Positions 1 to 9,487 of a stretch of DNA of 64,000 nucleotides are shown here, one piece after another. The stretch spans positions 304,082-368,081 of the forward strand of contig JBBTCT010000009.1 in the NCBI GenBank assembly GCA_038060895.1, written 5' to 3'. Source of the DNA: Planctomycetota bacterium (GTDB lineage Bacteria; Planctomycetota; MHYJ01; WSZJ01). Each line of letters begins with the position of its first letter. The first letter of the stretch is position 1. The notes beneath the pieces were generated by a model that was given only the letters and a program-made list of their open reading frames with translations, made no database searches and had not been told where the DNA came from. A program made the position numbers and the translations under genes.

Positions 1-885
1 GAAGTCGCCTGGAAGGACGAGGCCGGCGCGGTCCGGAGCGAGCGGGCGAAATCGCTTCTCGACTGCTCCGGGATGAAATGCCTGCTCGGGAAAAAACTCG
101 GGCTCCGCAAGGCCATTCCCGGAATGACGAAGGTCGCGATCTTCGCACACTACGAAAACGTCGTGCTTCCGGAAGCGGACAGGGCCGGCAATACCGAGAT
201 CGTCGCGGCGGAGGATGCCTGGTTCTGGCTGATCCCGATGACGATCGAACCCGGCGGCCGCAACACGTGCAGCGTCGGCGTCGTGATCGACCGCGCGATC
301 CGGGACGGATGGCGCGGAGAACCGCTGGACCTGATGGAGCAGCTCTTCGACGCATCTTCCGTCGTGCGCGAGCGCCTCGCGCCGGCGAGGCGATTGACGC
401 CGGCTCACGTCGAAGCCGATTTCTCATACCGTTGCGATCCCGGCTTCGGGACGGGCTGGTCGCTCATCGGCGACGCGGCCGCGTTCCTCGACCCGATCTT
501 CTCGACCGGGTTCTTTCTCTCGCAGAGGCACGCCGTCGAGGCCGCCGAGTCCATCGTGCGGGCACTTTCGAAACGCGATCGAGTCACCGCTGCGGATCTC
601 GCCCGGCCTGCGAAGAATCTGTTCCAGAGCGTCGGCACCTACACGCGTTTCGTCCGCGCCTTCTACACCCAGGCGTGGTACGACATTTTCCTCTCCGACG
701 CGAAGAGCCCGAGAGTCCGCAAGGCGGTTGTTCGAGTGCTTGCCGGCGACGTCTCGGGCATGAATTTCTACCTGTGGACGTTCTTCGCGATCCTGTGGGC
801 CCAGAAGAAGTGGGGAATCCAGCCGGTCGTGAAGCGGCCGCGCGTCACGGACGCCCTTGAACTTCACTCGCCTGCGCGATCCTGA
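1..885 (+). CDS. FAD-dependent halogenase-like oxidoreductase (tryptophan halogenase/geranylgeranyl reductase superfamily), 5' truncated by window edge
   Basis: Frame open from base 1 (EVAWKD...LLDCSG); WFWLIP (WxWxIP) and IGDAAAFLDPIFSTG motifs. Confidence 0.75.
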   Translation, partial: EVAWKDEAGAVRSERAKSLLDCSGMKCLLGKKLGLRKAIPGMTKVAIFAHYENVVLPEADRAGNTEIVAAEDAWFWLIPMTIEPGGRNTCSVGVVIDRAIRDGWRGEPLDLMEQLFDASSVVRERLAPARRLTPAHVEADFSYRCDPGFGTGWSLIGDAAAFLDPIFSTGFFLSQRHAVEAAESIVRALSKRDRVTAADLARPAKNLFQSVGTYTRFVRAFYTQAWYDIFLSDAKSPRVRKAVVRVLAGDVSGMNFYLWTFFAILWAQKKWGIQPVVKRPRVTDALELHSPARS

Positions 886-2066
886 CTCACCCGGGGCTCC
901 TTCGACACGCGCGCCGCCCTGCGCTTCAGCCCTTCGAGCAGCAGTGAAGGCGTGTCCTTCGCGATCGTCACCGGCCCTTCCACTTCCGGGCCCACCATGA
1001 ATTCAAATCGCCCCTTCGACTGAAGCAGCGCCTCGTAGAAGACTTCTTCGCCCAGTTCCCCGTTCGCCTCGGCATGCCGGATCGAGCCTGCCGTGAACTG
1101 AATGTAGTACGTCCGGTCCGGGGTTTGCAGCCGCAGCACTCCCGTCTTTCTCGCGCCGTGCAGGATGCCCATCAGGTCCCCGACCGGAAGGGACTCCACC
1201 TCTCCCGCAAGGCCGCGCTCGACGGCCTTGCGGTCGTCCGCCTTCTGGAAACGACGCGCCCGCTCGGTTGCGATGTTGCGAAACGAGTAGAAAAGGACCG
1301 GGTGGCGTTTTCGTAAATCGTCAACCGTTGCGGCCACTTGCGTCGAGAGCCAGACTTCGCCTTCGGCGCGCAGCGTCAGGGCCGTGAACGGGAAGCCGCC
1401 GAAGGTCGCTTCGGCCAGAAACTGTCCCGGTCCGAGGCGGTACTCGAGCTCGATCCCGTCGGCCCGGATTTCCGACACCATGACGCTTCCGGATTCGATC
1501 CAGTGAAGCGGAGCTCCGGCGTGGAGCTCCATGGTGCCGCCCGGTTTCAGGTACGCGGACTTTGCGCCTTTCCGGAGCTCGGACTCGGCCGCGCCCATCG
1601 CTGCCGCAGGCAGCTGTACCCGGGCGGGCGGTTCGTTCGCGAGGATGCGGAATCGAGTCGTCGGCGAAGGCGCCCGCTTCCGGTTTGCAATCGCCTTCTT
1701 TTCAATCTCGACCAGCGCCTGCAGGAGCATTTCGGGATCGACGGGCTGCGGCATGTACTGGGTTGCCCCGCAGGATTTCGCGGCCTTCTCCTGCGCGGGG
1801 GTTGGCGGTCCGACGGCGATGAAGCCGATGTGCGCGAAGCCCGGGACCGCGCGCAGTTGCTGGATGAGGTCGCTGGCGCCGACGGTCGCCTGTTCCCACT
1901 CGCAGACGATGGCATCGACGTTGAATTCTTCGCGACGCAGGAGTTCCATTGCCGCGTGGCCGTTTCCGGCTTCCAGCACGTTTTCGGACGCGTGACCGCC
2001 GTCCGCGAGCCACCCGCGGACCTTCTTTCTGAACGAAGCGAGCTTGTCGACGACCAGGATGCGCAT
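864..2066 (-). CDS. Atypical response-regulator-like protein: REC + cNMP-binding-like + DUF4388 (paralog 1)
   Basis: Start reassigned to ATG 2066 (MRILVVDK, receiver beta1); central WIESGSV...GPGQFLAE cNMP-fold signature; C-terminal G.VESLPV.DL...KTGVLRL...G.F.F DUF4388 pattern. Confidence 0.75.
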   Translation of the reverse strand: MRILVVDKLASFRKKVRGWLADGGHASENVLEAGNGHAAMELLRREEFNVDAIVCEWEQATVGASDLIQQLRAVPGFAHIGFIAVGPPTPAQEKAAKSCGATQYMPQPVDPEMLLQALVEIEKKAIANRKRAPSPTTRFRILANEPPARVQLPAAAMGAAESELRKGAKSAYLKPGGTMELHAGAPLHWIESGSVMVSEIRADGIELEYRLGPGQFLAEATFGGFPFTALTLRAEGEVWLSTQVAATVDDLRKRHPVLFYSFRNIATERARRFQKADDRKAVERGLAGEVESLPVGDLMGILHGARKTGVLRLQTPDRTYYIQFTAGSIRHAEANGELGEEVFYEALLQSKGRFEFMVGPEVEGPVTIAKDTPSLLLEGLKRRAARVSKEPRVSQDRAGE

Positions 2067-2217
2067 GTCCGACCCCCAGGTGCCAGGCCCGTCGCCGAAT
2101 AGCATGAATGAACGGCGGCTTCGAGCTGTCGATGCGCCGCTATCGTCGCACACGGATCAAGGTCGAACAAGCGAAGCGGTTGCCTCGCAAGCACCCCGCG
2201 GCATTCATTTCGCCGCT

Positions 2218-3471
2218 TCAAGCATCCGGCGGAATGCCTTCGTCGCGCCTCTTGAGTCCCTGCATGATCACGAAGTTCGCGTCGCCCAGCACGGAGTGAG
2301 GGCCCTGCAGGTTGGCCTGGGGGCTGAAGGAGAACCGGCCGCCGGCCCAGGTGCAGATTCGGAAGATGACGGCGTCGCCCTGGCGGCTGCCGCACTCCGC
2401 GTGCTTGAGAACGCCCGCGTAGAGGTGGAGCAGGGCGCTCTCGCCGGCGCTGTCGACGCGGAGGATCCCGGTTTTCTTCGTCGCGACCATCATCTGGATC
2501 AGGTCGGGGAACGAAAGCGACTCGAGGGACCCGTTCATCCCGCCCGCGGCCGATTCGTCGGGCATGTCTCCCACGGCATTGTTGCGGTGGCGCTCGGTCG
2601 TGATCGTCTTGAAATAGTGGGTCAGGATCGGCAGCCGTTGCATCGTCTGGGCGACCGCCTCGGCCTCCTGCCACCCGAGAATCGTCAGCGGTGACTCCGT
2701 CACGGCGCGCAGCTCAAGGAGCTTCTCTCCCACGAACGCCGCCTCGCCGAAAAACCGCCCTGGCGTCGCCCGGTATTCGACAACAGTTCCGTCTTCCCGC
2801 GTTTCGCGGACGAAGATCGTCCCCTGCTCCACCCAGTACAGCCTGTTGAGAAACGCCCCGGCCGCGATTACGGCGCCCAGCTTGCTGTACTTGCCGAGTT
2901 TTCCGGCCGAGCGAAGTTCCTGCGCAATCGTCGATGACAGCTTCGTTGACTGCGGCCGCTGCGAGGCCGCTTCCTGAAACCTCCGCCGCGTGTCGTCGGT
3001 GCGCGGCTTGAGCGTGCGCTGGACCGCCGAGAGCGCGCTCAGAAGCGTGACCGGGGTCACCGGCTTCACCAGGACCTCGTTCGCCCCGACGCTCCTTGCT
3101 TCGCGGAGCGCCGCCGGATCGTTACCGCACATCGCGATGAACCCGACGCGCGCCGTCTCAGGTTTCGAACGAAGCTGCTGCAGGAGTTCCACCGCGTTCA
3201 CGGACTCGTCGTCAAATTCGGCGACAACGACGTCGATGTTGAACTGCTCGTGCACGATCAGTTCCAGCGACTCTTCGCCCGTCGAGGCCTCAAGAACGTC
3301 GTCGGCCTTTGCGCCAATCTCGGTGATCCAGCCCTTCATCTTCGCTCGCCACGAGGCCAGGTTGTCCACGAGGAGGACACGCAGAAGCGCAACCGCCGGC
3401 TTGTTGATCTGCGGCGAATCGCTCACTCGCGGCTTCCCCGGTTTCCAGTGGCGCGGCGGCAGGTCGCTCAT
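2218..3471 (-). CDS. Atypical response-regulator-like protein: REC + cNMP-binding-like + DUF4388 (paralog 2)
   Basis: RVLLVDN...LVKP receiver; LYWVEQGTI...PGRFFGE; GSLESLSFPDLIQMMVATKKTGILRV. Confidence 0.78.
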   Translation of the reverse strand: MSDLPPRHWKPGKPRVSDSPQINKPAVALLRVLLVDNLASWRAKMKGWITEIGAKADDVLEASTGEESLELIVHEQFNIDVVVAEFDDESVNAVELLQQLRSKPETARVGFIAMCGNDPAALREARSVGANEVLVKPVTPVTLLSALSAVQRTLKPRTDDTRRRFQEAASQRPQSTKLSSTIAQELRSAGKLGKYSKLGAVIAAGAFLNRLYWVEQGTIFVRETREDGTVVEYRATPGRFFGEAAFVGEKLLELRAVTESPLTILGWQEAEAVAQTMQRLPILTHYFKTITTERHRNNAVGDMPDESAAGGMNGSLESLSFPDLIQMMVATKKTGILRVDSAGESALLHLYAGVLKHAECGSRQGDAVIFRICTWAGGRFSFSPQANLQGPHSVLGDANFVIMQGLKRRDEGIPPDA

Positions 3472-4628
3472 CGCACCAGCTTCCGCGCGAGCCGCTGCGC
3501 CCCGCGCATGATCAGGCCTGCCGTGTCGACCGTGACGCTTCGAGCGCCCGGAATCTCCGGGCCGACGTAGAACTCGAAGGAGCCTGAATCGCGTGACATG
3601 GCGCGGTCGACGATCGTTTCTCCCACGAGCCCCAGTCCCTCGGCGTGGACAATCCGCCCTTCCACAAACTGCACGAACAGCATTCCTTCGCGCCCGTCGA
3701 GACGAAGAACTCCCGTCCGCTTGGCGCCGTGAAGAACCTGAAACAGGTCGAGCACAGGGAGGCTCTCCACCGTCCCTGACAGTCCTTTTTCGGCAGATTG
3801 GCCGGTCCGGGAATAGAGACTGAGACGAAGCGTCGAGAGGTTGCGAAGGTAATAGAACAGGAAGGGGCTCGCGGCGATCGCCCGGCGGACTGTGTCCGCA
3901 TCCTGGGAGCAGAGCCAGGAATCGCTTTCGGCGACGGCATCAAAGGAACGATACGAAGCGCCGCCGAAGGGAGCTTCGGCGAAGAACTCCTCCGGACCGG
4001 CCCTGTACGACGCTTCTGCTCCGCCGTCGCGAGTCTCGCGGATCCCGATCGTGCCGCGTTCAACCCACCACAGTCGTGTTCCCATCGGCGCCACGGGGAC
4101 GTGCGTGCCGGCGTGAATCTCCGCGTGCCGCGCATTGCGCCGAAGCGCTTCCCAGAGTTCCGGGGACAGCGGTGCGGGTTTCTCCGATGGCGCATCGACA
4201 GCGAGCATCCGGAAGCGCGCGGTATTGGAGGCTCCGGCGGCCGGCTTCGCCTGCGCGCGGCGCTTCTCGAGCGCCACGAGCTTCTGCATCAGCAGTTCGG
4301 GCCGGATCGGGTGGCCGATGGCGTCGGCGGCGCCCTCGGACAGCGCTTTCTCCCGTGCGCGCGAGTCGAAATCGCCGTGAGCAAGGAAATCGACGGCGGC
4401 GCCGGCCAGCCTGCGGACTTCGCGCGCAAGGGATGCCCCATCGACCCTCAGGTCCAGCCAGTCGCAGAGGACGACGTCGATCGAGAAGTCCAGCTGGCGC
4501 AGAAGCTCAAGGGCGGCGACGCCGTCCTCGCATTCGAGGACATTCGCCGCGGAGTACCCGCCCTGGACGAGCCAGCCGCGGAGTTTCTGCCGCTGTCCCC
4601 ACACTTTATCGACGATGAGAAGGCGCAC
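3468..4628 (-). CDS. Atypical response-regulator-like protein: REC + cNMP-binding-like + DUF4388 (paralog 3)
   Basis: GTG start; RLLIVDK...VVLCDW; LWWVERGTI...GPEEFFAE; GTVESLPVLDLFQVLHGAKRTGVLRL; stop overlaps start of paralog 2. Confidence 0.78.
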   Translation of the reverse strand: MRLLIVDKVWGQRQKLRGWLVQGGYSAANVLECEDGVAALELLRQLDFSIDVVLCDWLDLRVDGASLAREVRRLAGAAVDFLAHGDFDSRAREKALSEGAADAIGHPIRPELLMQKLVALEKRRAQAKPAAGASNTARFRMLAVDAPSEKPAPLSPELWEALRRNARHAEIHAGTHVPVAPMGTRLWWVERGTIGIRETRDGGAEASYRAGPEEFFAEAPFGGASYRSFDAVAESDSWLCSQDADTVRRAIAASPFLFYYLRNLSTLRLSLYSRTGQSAEKGLSGTVESLPVLDLFQVLHGAKRTGVLRLDGREGMLFVQFVEGRIVHAEGLGLVGETIVDRAMSRDSGSFEFYVGPEIPGARSVTVDTAGLIMRGAQRLARKLVR

Positions 4629-4691
4629 GATGCAGGGAATGATGTCACATCCATGGCAAGTGAGACAAGTCCCGCCACTCGGTCCGGGCGC

Positions 4692-5597
4692 CTAGACCCG
4701 GACCGCCCACCTCATCCTCGCCGACCAGCTCCGACGGTTTGCTCCCTCTTCTTCCTCCGAAGGCCGGACCGCATCGGCCGAAATCTCCGAGTACAGGCCC
4801 CGAGCGTGACCTTCCTTGAAACTCGTCTTCACGAGGCGGTCTTCGCCGCTGTGGAACGAGATGATCGCCGCGCGTCCTCCGGGGCGAAGGCAGGAGGGAA
4901 GGAAGGCGAGAAGAGCCTGGAGATTCTCGAGCTCGCGATTCACGATCATCCGCACGGCCTGGAACGCGAGCGCCGCAGGATGGAGCCGGCCCCATCCCCG
5001 CTTCGGCACCACGATTCCCTTGGCCTGGCAGACGAGCGAGACCAGACGCGCCGTGGTGTCCACGGGACGCTGCACGCGCGCCGTTGCGATCGTCCGCGCA
5101 ATCGCGACAGCGTCGGGTTCGTCCCCGAGTTCCCGGAGCGCCTGGGCGAGCCGCGCCTCGGGAATCTCCGCCAGCACGTCCGCGGCCGTCTTCCCGCGCG
5201 TCGGGTCCATCCTCATGTCCAGTTTCGCGGGCCGGATGAACGAAAACCCGCGCTTCGCCCGGTCGATCTGCGTCGAAGAGACGCCCAGGTCCGCGACGAG
5301 GGCGTCCACTCCGGTAAGACTGAGCGAGGCAAGCGCGGTCGCGAGTCCGGCGAAGTTCGCGTGAATGAGATCGAAGCGCAGTTTCGTCTTCGCAAGTTCG
5401 GATTGAGCCTCGGCCAGGTTTTCCGGATCGAGGTCGAGACCGATCAGCCGGCCGTTTTTCCCGGCGGCTTTGAGAAGCGGGACCGCGTGGCCCCCGACTC
5501 CGACCGTGACGTCGGCCACGACGTCGCCGCGCTTCACTTTCAGCGCCTCGCGCACTTCTTCGAGGAGGACCGGCACATGAAGTGATTCGGTTTTCAC
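4692..5597 (-). CDS. rsmH: 16S rRNA (cytosine(1402)-N4)-methyltransferase RsmH (MraW)
   Basis: HVPVLLEEV, DVTVGVGGH, DLGVSSTQID, LDMRMD, ISFHSGEDRLVK motifs; GTG start at 5597 overlaps upstream TGA (GTGA). Confidence 0.93.
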   Translation of the reverse strand: MKTESLHVPVLLEEVREALKVKRGDVVADVTVGVGGHAVPLLKAAGKNGRLIGLDLDPENLAEAQSELAKTKLRFDLIHANFAGLATALASLSLTGVDALVADLGVSSTQIDRAKRGFSFIRPAKLDMRMDPTRGKTAADVLAEIPEARLAQALRELGDEPDAVAIARTIATARVQRPVDTTARLVSLVCQAKGIVVPKRGWGRLHPAALAFQAVRMIVNRELENLQALLAFLPSCLRPGGRAAIISFHSGEDRLVKTSFKEGHARGLYSEISADAVRPSEEEEGANRRSWSARMRWAVRV

Positions 5598-6742
5598 GGG
5601 CGGCAGCGAAGAAGGGTCATGAGGGCGAACGCGGTGCCGTAGGGCTTGTGGAAGTCCCAGATCGCGTTGTAATCCCACCAGCAACCGTCGTCTTCCTGGT
5701 GTTTGCGGATGACGTCGCTGAGCTTCGCGGCGAACGGCGCGCGCTCCGCAGCGGGGAGGCGGGCGAGAAGCCGGGCGGCGTAATAGTGGCCGTAATAGTA
5801 AAAGTACCCGCTGACCGCGTAATAGGCCTCGTGGGGGACCGGGCGCTTGCGGCCGCACTCCAGGAAGCCCTGCAGCTTGAAAAGGTCGTCCAGCCCGCGG
5901 CGCGCATCGTCGAGCGAGACCTTGGGCGAGTTCCATGCGAGTAACGCCTCGTTGCAGCACTGCGTCCTGCCGATGCTGCCCTGGGGCAGGTTGACCGGAT
6001 GAAGCGGCCGGTAGCGGTGGCCCCACGCATAGAGGTACGCGTTGTTCCCCAGGCGGCACTTCTCCACGATGCGCACGCACGGTTTGATGAGAACGTCCGG
6101 CACCGGGATTCCGGCATCGACGGCGTCTCGGAATGCGACGAGTCCCGACGCCGTCGTGAAACTCGTCGGCGGATACCCCGGTGTCTGAGAGCGCGTCGCG
6201 AAGTCGTAGTACATCCAGCCGCCGTAGGCGCTCTGGTATCTCTTCAGGAGATCAATGTGCCCGGCAGCCGCTTCGCGCAGCTTCGCGGCCCAGGCAGGAT
6301 CGACTTCCTGTCGGGCGGCGAGCGCCAGCGCCTGGACTGCGTAGAGATCGCCCCAGACGTTGTAGATTTCGTCCTGGTCCCCGCGGCGCAACTTCACGGA
6401 CTCCTCCACCAGCCACTTCTCCGCCTTCCGGGCGGCCTCCATCGAAGCGGGGGAGCCCTCTTCCCGGAGAGCCAGCGCGCATAGCCCGGTCGTCCCGACC
6501 TTGAACGCGAACTGGGCGCTCGGAATGCTCCCGTAAATGTCGTATCCCCATGTCACGCAACCTGTTCCCCAGTACCCGCCCGGCTTCTGGTTCGCGATGA
6601 GCCAGCGGGCGCCGTCGGCGATCGCGGACTCCAGGGGGCGGGAGCGCACCGGAAGTTCGTCGGGGGGGACGGGCTGCGGCGGAGGTGGGGCAGAGCATCC
6701 CGCGGCGAATGCGAGCAGGACCGCGATCGCGGGGCGCTTCAT
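5594..6742 (-). CDS. Lipoprotein with prenyltransferase/squalene-oxidase-repeat (alpha/alpha barrel) fold
   Basis: Start ATG 6742 MKRPAIAVLLAFAAG-C lipobox; QKPGGYW, QSAYGGW, QEDDGCWWD QW-like repeats; YFYYYGHYYAA; clear paralog of 6739-7926. Confidence 0.72.
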   Translation of the reverse strand: MKRPAIAVLLAFAAGCSAPPPPQPVPPDELPVRSRPLESAIADGARWLIANQKPGGYWGTGCVTWGYDIYGSIPSAQFAFKVGTTGLCALALREEGSPASMEAARKAEKWLVEESVKLRRGDQDEIYNVWGDLYAVQALALAARQEVDPAWAAKLREAAAGHIDLLKRYQSAYGGWMYYDFATRSQTPGYPPTSFTTASGLVAFRDAVDAGIPVPDVLIKPCVRIVEKCRLGNNAYLYAWGHRYRPLHPVNLPQGSIGRTQCCNEALLAWNSPKVSLDDARRGLDDLFKLQGFLECGRKRPVPHEAYYAVSGYFYYYGHYYAARLLARLPAAERAPFAAKLSDVIRKHQEDDGCWWDYNAIWDFHKPYGTAFALMTLLRCRP

Positions 6743-7926
6743 TCCGCCCCGGCGTCGCGGCATCGCTTCAGGATCAGGATGGCGTAAGCGGTGCCGTAGG
6801 GCTTGTGGAAATCCCACATGCCGAAGTCCCACCACGAGCCGTCTTCCTCCTGGTGGGGCCGGATCGTGTCGGAAAGTTTTTTCGCGTAGACCCTGGCGTC
6901 CTCGGCAGGGATGAGCGACAGGATCCGCGCGGCGTAGTAGTGGCCGAAGTAGTAGAAGTACCCGGCGACGGCGTAGTAGGCCTCGTGAGGGTAGGGGCGC
7001 TTGCGCCCGCACTCGAGGTAGAGCTGCAATTTGAACAGGCGTTCAAGGCCGGCGGTCAGGTCTTTCGCCGGGACCGCATGCGAGCCCCATTCCGTCAACG
7101 CGTCGTTTCCCGCCTGGGTCCGGCCCAGCGACCCGGCCGGACGGTTGATCTCGTGCATCGGGCTGTAACGCCAGTCGTACGAATACAGGTACGCATTCTC
7201 CGGGGTGCGGCATTTCTCCAGCAGCCGCACGGCTCCCTTCGACAGCTTCTCCGGCACCGGAAGCCCCGCGTCCTTCGCCTCCTTGAGCGCAACCAGTCCC
7301 GCGGCCGTGCCGAATGCGGTCGGCTCCATCGACGGATGCTGTGTGAGGTACGCGAAATCGTAGTAGTTCCAGCCTCCGAACGTCGTCGCGTAGCGATCCA
7401 GCAGATCCAGGTGCTCCAGCGCGCCCTTTCTGAGCGCCTCCAGCCTCACAGGGTCGGCCTCCGCCTTGATCGCGGCCGCCAGCGCCTGCAGCCCGTACAT
7501 GTGTCCCCACACGTTGTAGATCTCGTCCTGCGAAGCGCGCCGGACCCGGAGACCGGGGCCGACGAGCCAGTCCTCTCCCCGCCTGCCCGCTGCCATCGCT
7601 TCGGACTTCTGCGGTTCAGGCAGAATTCCTGAAGCGGCCGCCTCGCGGAGCGCCAGGGAGCAGAGCGCAGTCGTGGCGACCTTGAACGCCATGTGCGATC
7701 CCGGCGCCGAGGCGTAGATATCCCAGCCGAGCGGCCGGCAGCCCGTCCCCCAGTAGCCGCCTTTTTCCTGGGACTTCAGCAGGAAGGCGACTCCTTCCCG
7801 CATCGACGCGTCCAGAGCGCGAGTACGAACCGGCTGCTGCTCGAGGGGCAGCGGCTTCGGCGGCTCGGGGGCCGAAGAGCAGCCCGCGAACGAAGCGGTG
7901 ACCAGAAGGAGAGCGAGGCGTCGCAT
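6739..7926 (-). CDS. Lipoprotein with prenyltransferase/squalene-oxidase-repeat fold (paralog)
   Basis: Start ATG 7926 MRRLALLLVTASFAG-C lipobox; QEKGGYW, FGGWNYY, QEEDGSWWD repeats; start overlaps upstream stop (TAATG). Confidence 0.72.
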   Translation of the reverse strand: MRRLALLLVTASFAGCSSAPEPPKPLPLEQQPVRTRALDASMREGVAFLLKSQEKGGYWGTGCRPLGWDIYASAPGSHMAFKVATTALCSLALREAAASGILPEPQKSEAMAAGRRGEDWLVGPGLRVRRASQDEIYNVWGHMYGLQALAAAIKAEADPVRLEALRKGALEHLDLLDRYATTFGGWNYYDFAYLTQHPSMEPTAFGTAAGLVALKEAKDAGLPVPEKLSKGAVRLLEKCRTPENAYLYSYDWRYSPMHEINRPAGSLGRTQAGNDALTEWGSHAVPAKDLTAGLERLFKLQLYLECGRKRPYPHEAYYAVAGYFYYFGHYYAARILSLIPAEDARVYAKKLSDTIRPHQEEDGSWWDFGMWDFHKPYGTAYAILILKRCRDAGAE

Positions 7927-9347
7927 TACTTTTTCAGCGCGTTCTGCAGGATCGTCTCCCCGCCTTTCAGCCCGGCCTTCACCTCGTGCCACTGACCGTT
8001 GTTCATTCCCAGCGTGATCTCGACCACCTTCTCTTTTCCGCCTTCCATCACCCAGACCGCCGGCTTGCCGTTCTCGACGCCGACAGCGCTCGCCGGGACC
8101 AGGACCACGTCCTTGAGGTCCGCGACTGCGATCGACACTTTGCACTTCATCCCCGGCACCACCGACTCCGCCGCCGACGAAAGCTGCAGTTTGGCCGCGA
8201 TCACGCCGCCGGAAGGAACCGGCGAGATTTCGGACAGCGTCGCTTCCAGTTTCTTGTCCTGCGAGCCGAGCGCGGCGACGGTCGCCTTCTGTCCGACCTT
8301 TGCCTGCATCGCGCGGTCCTCGGGGATCGCGACGCGCGCCATCTTTGCGCCGGACGGGATCACGGTCAGCACGACCACGTTGGCGCCGACCTTTTCGCCC
8401 GTGCGATACGCCTTGAGGAGCTCATCATTCGTGGACCAGTTGCCGCCCGCGAGCTGGCCGTAGATCGCCCAGCCGTCAATCGAGGAGGTAATGGTCAGCT
8501 TGTCGCCGTCTCTCTTCAGCTTTTCCAGCGCTTCTACCTGCTGCTCCCGCGCCGCCGTCGCACGCACTTTCTGCGCGTCGCGCTGCACTTTCCCGTTGGC
8601 CACGTTCGACTCCGTCTGCGCCAGGCCTACCTTCGACTGCTCGACCGCGCGCTCTACCTGGATCTTGCGGCGCGGGTACTCCCAGTCCGGCGTCTTCTTC
8701 GAGGACGCACGGCGCATCTCGAGGAAAATCTTCGAGTTCTCCAGCGAACGCTTCGCACGGTCCCGGACGATGTCCGCCGTGTCCGTCGTCAGTTCCTCGC
8801 TCTTGTACATCTTCTCCAGCTGCTCCAGCTCCTGCGCCTGGTCCTTCACGTTGTCCTCGTAGTTCTTCAGGCCGAGCTCGTTGTACTTCAGCATGTGCGG
8901 GCCGTCGATCGTGTTGAAGTACTCCAGCTCCTTTTCCGATTCCAGCACGGCGTCCTTCGAGTTCGCCAGCGTCAGGGAGTCCTGCTTGTCCCCCCAGGCG
9001 CACGAGTCGCTCGCCGCTTTCAGACCCGCATCCGCCGCGCGCAGCTCGTTCTCGGCCGCCGCAACCGCTCTCTGCCAGGGCGCCGGATCGAACTGCAGCA
9101 CCACGTCGCCTTTCTTCACCGCCGCGCCGTGCGAAGCGATCTTGGAGATCGAGAGTTCGCCTCCGTAACCGTCCGGCCGGAACTTCGCCTCGAACAGTTC
9201 GGGCGAGTCGTACGAGCCGTCCAGGTCAAGCGTCACGGCAAGCGGACCACGCGCGACCGAGTGCGTCGGCCGGGCGTCCTCGGAGTAAGCCGCGATCAGG
9301 GTCCCAAGGGCGAAGACGGGGGCGAGGGCGAAGGACAGGCGCTTCAT
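7926..9347 (-). CDS. HlyD/RND-type periplasmic adaptor (membrane fusion protein) with long coiled coil
   Basis: Signal peptide; G..VKKGDVVLQFD lipoyl-half motif; long helical hairpin; PGMKCKVSI...VLVPASAV...EVKAGLKGGE C-terminal MFP pattern. Confidence 0.8.
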   Translation of the reverse strand: MKRLSFALAPVFALGTLIAAYSEDARPTHSVARGPLAVTLDLDGSYDSPELFEAKFRPDGYGGELSISKIASHGAAVKKGDVVLQFDPAPWQRAVAAAENELRAADAGLKAASDSCAWGDKQDSLTLANSKDAVLESEKELEYFNTIDGPHMLKYNELGLKNYEDNVKDQAQELEQLEKMYKSEELTTDTADIVRDRAKRSLENSKIFLEMRRASSKKTPDWEYPRRKIQVERAVEQSKVGLAQTESNVANGKVQRDAQKVRATAAREQQVEALEKLKRDGDKLTITSSIDGWAIYGQLAGGNWSTNDELLKAYRTGEKVGANVVVLTVIPSGAKMARVAIPEDRAMQAKVGQKATVAALGSQDKKLEATLSEISPVPSGGVIAAKLQLSSAAESVVPGMKCKVSIAVADLKDVVLVPASAVGVENGKPAVWVMEGGKEKVVEITLGMNNGQWHEVKAGLKGGETILQNALKK

Positions 9348-9487
9348 CGTGGATTCTCCCGTGAGTGTTGTGGGTTCGGTCGAGCGCGGCAGGCTACCAA
9401 GAGCGGGAGCGACCGGAGAAGCAACTTCGCAGAGCGCGGGAGAACTCGCGCGACTCGGACTGCGTCGGCCTGGCCACGGTCATGGAC

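Noticed and set aside
4692-8145. Long N-terminal extensions in ORF-track calls for rsmH and the lipoproteins (also hemC, ccsA, sdhA, recA, manA)
   Set aside because: They overlap upstream genes in other frames; true starts are marked by stop/start overlaps, signal peptides or family N-termini
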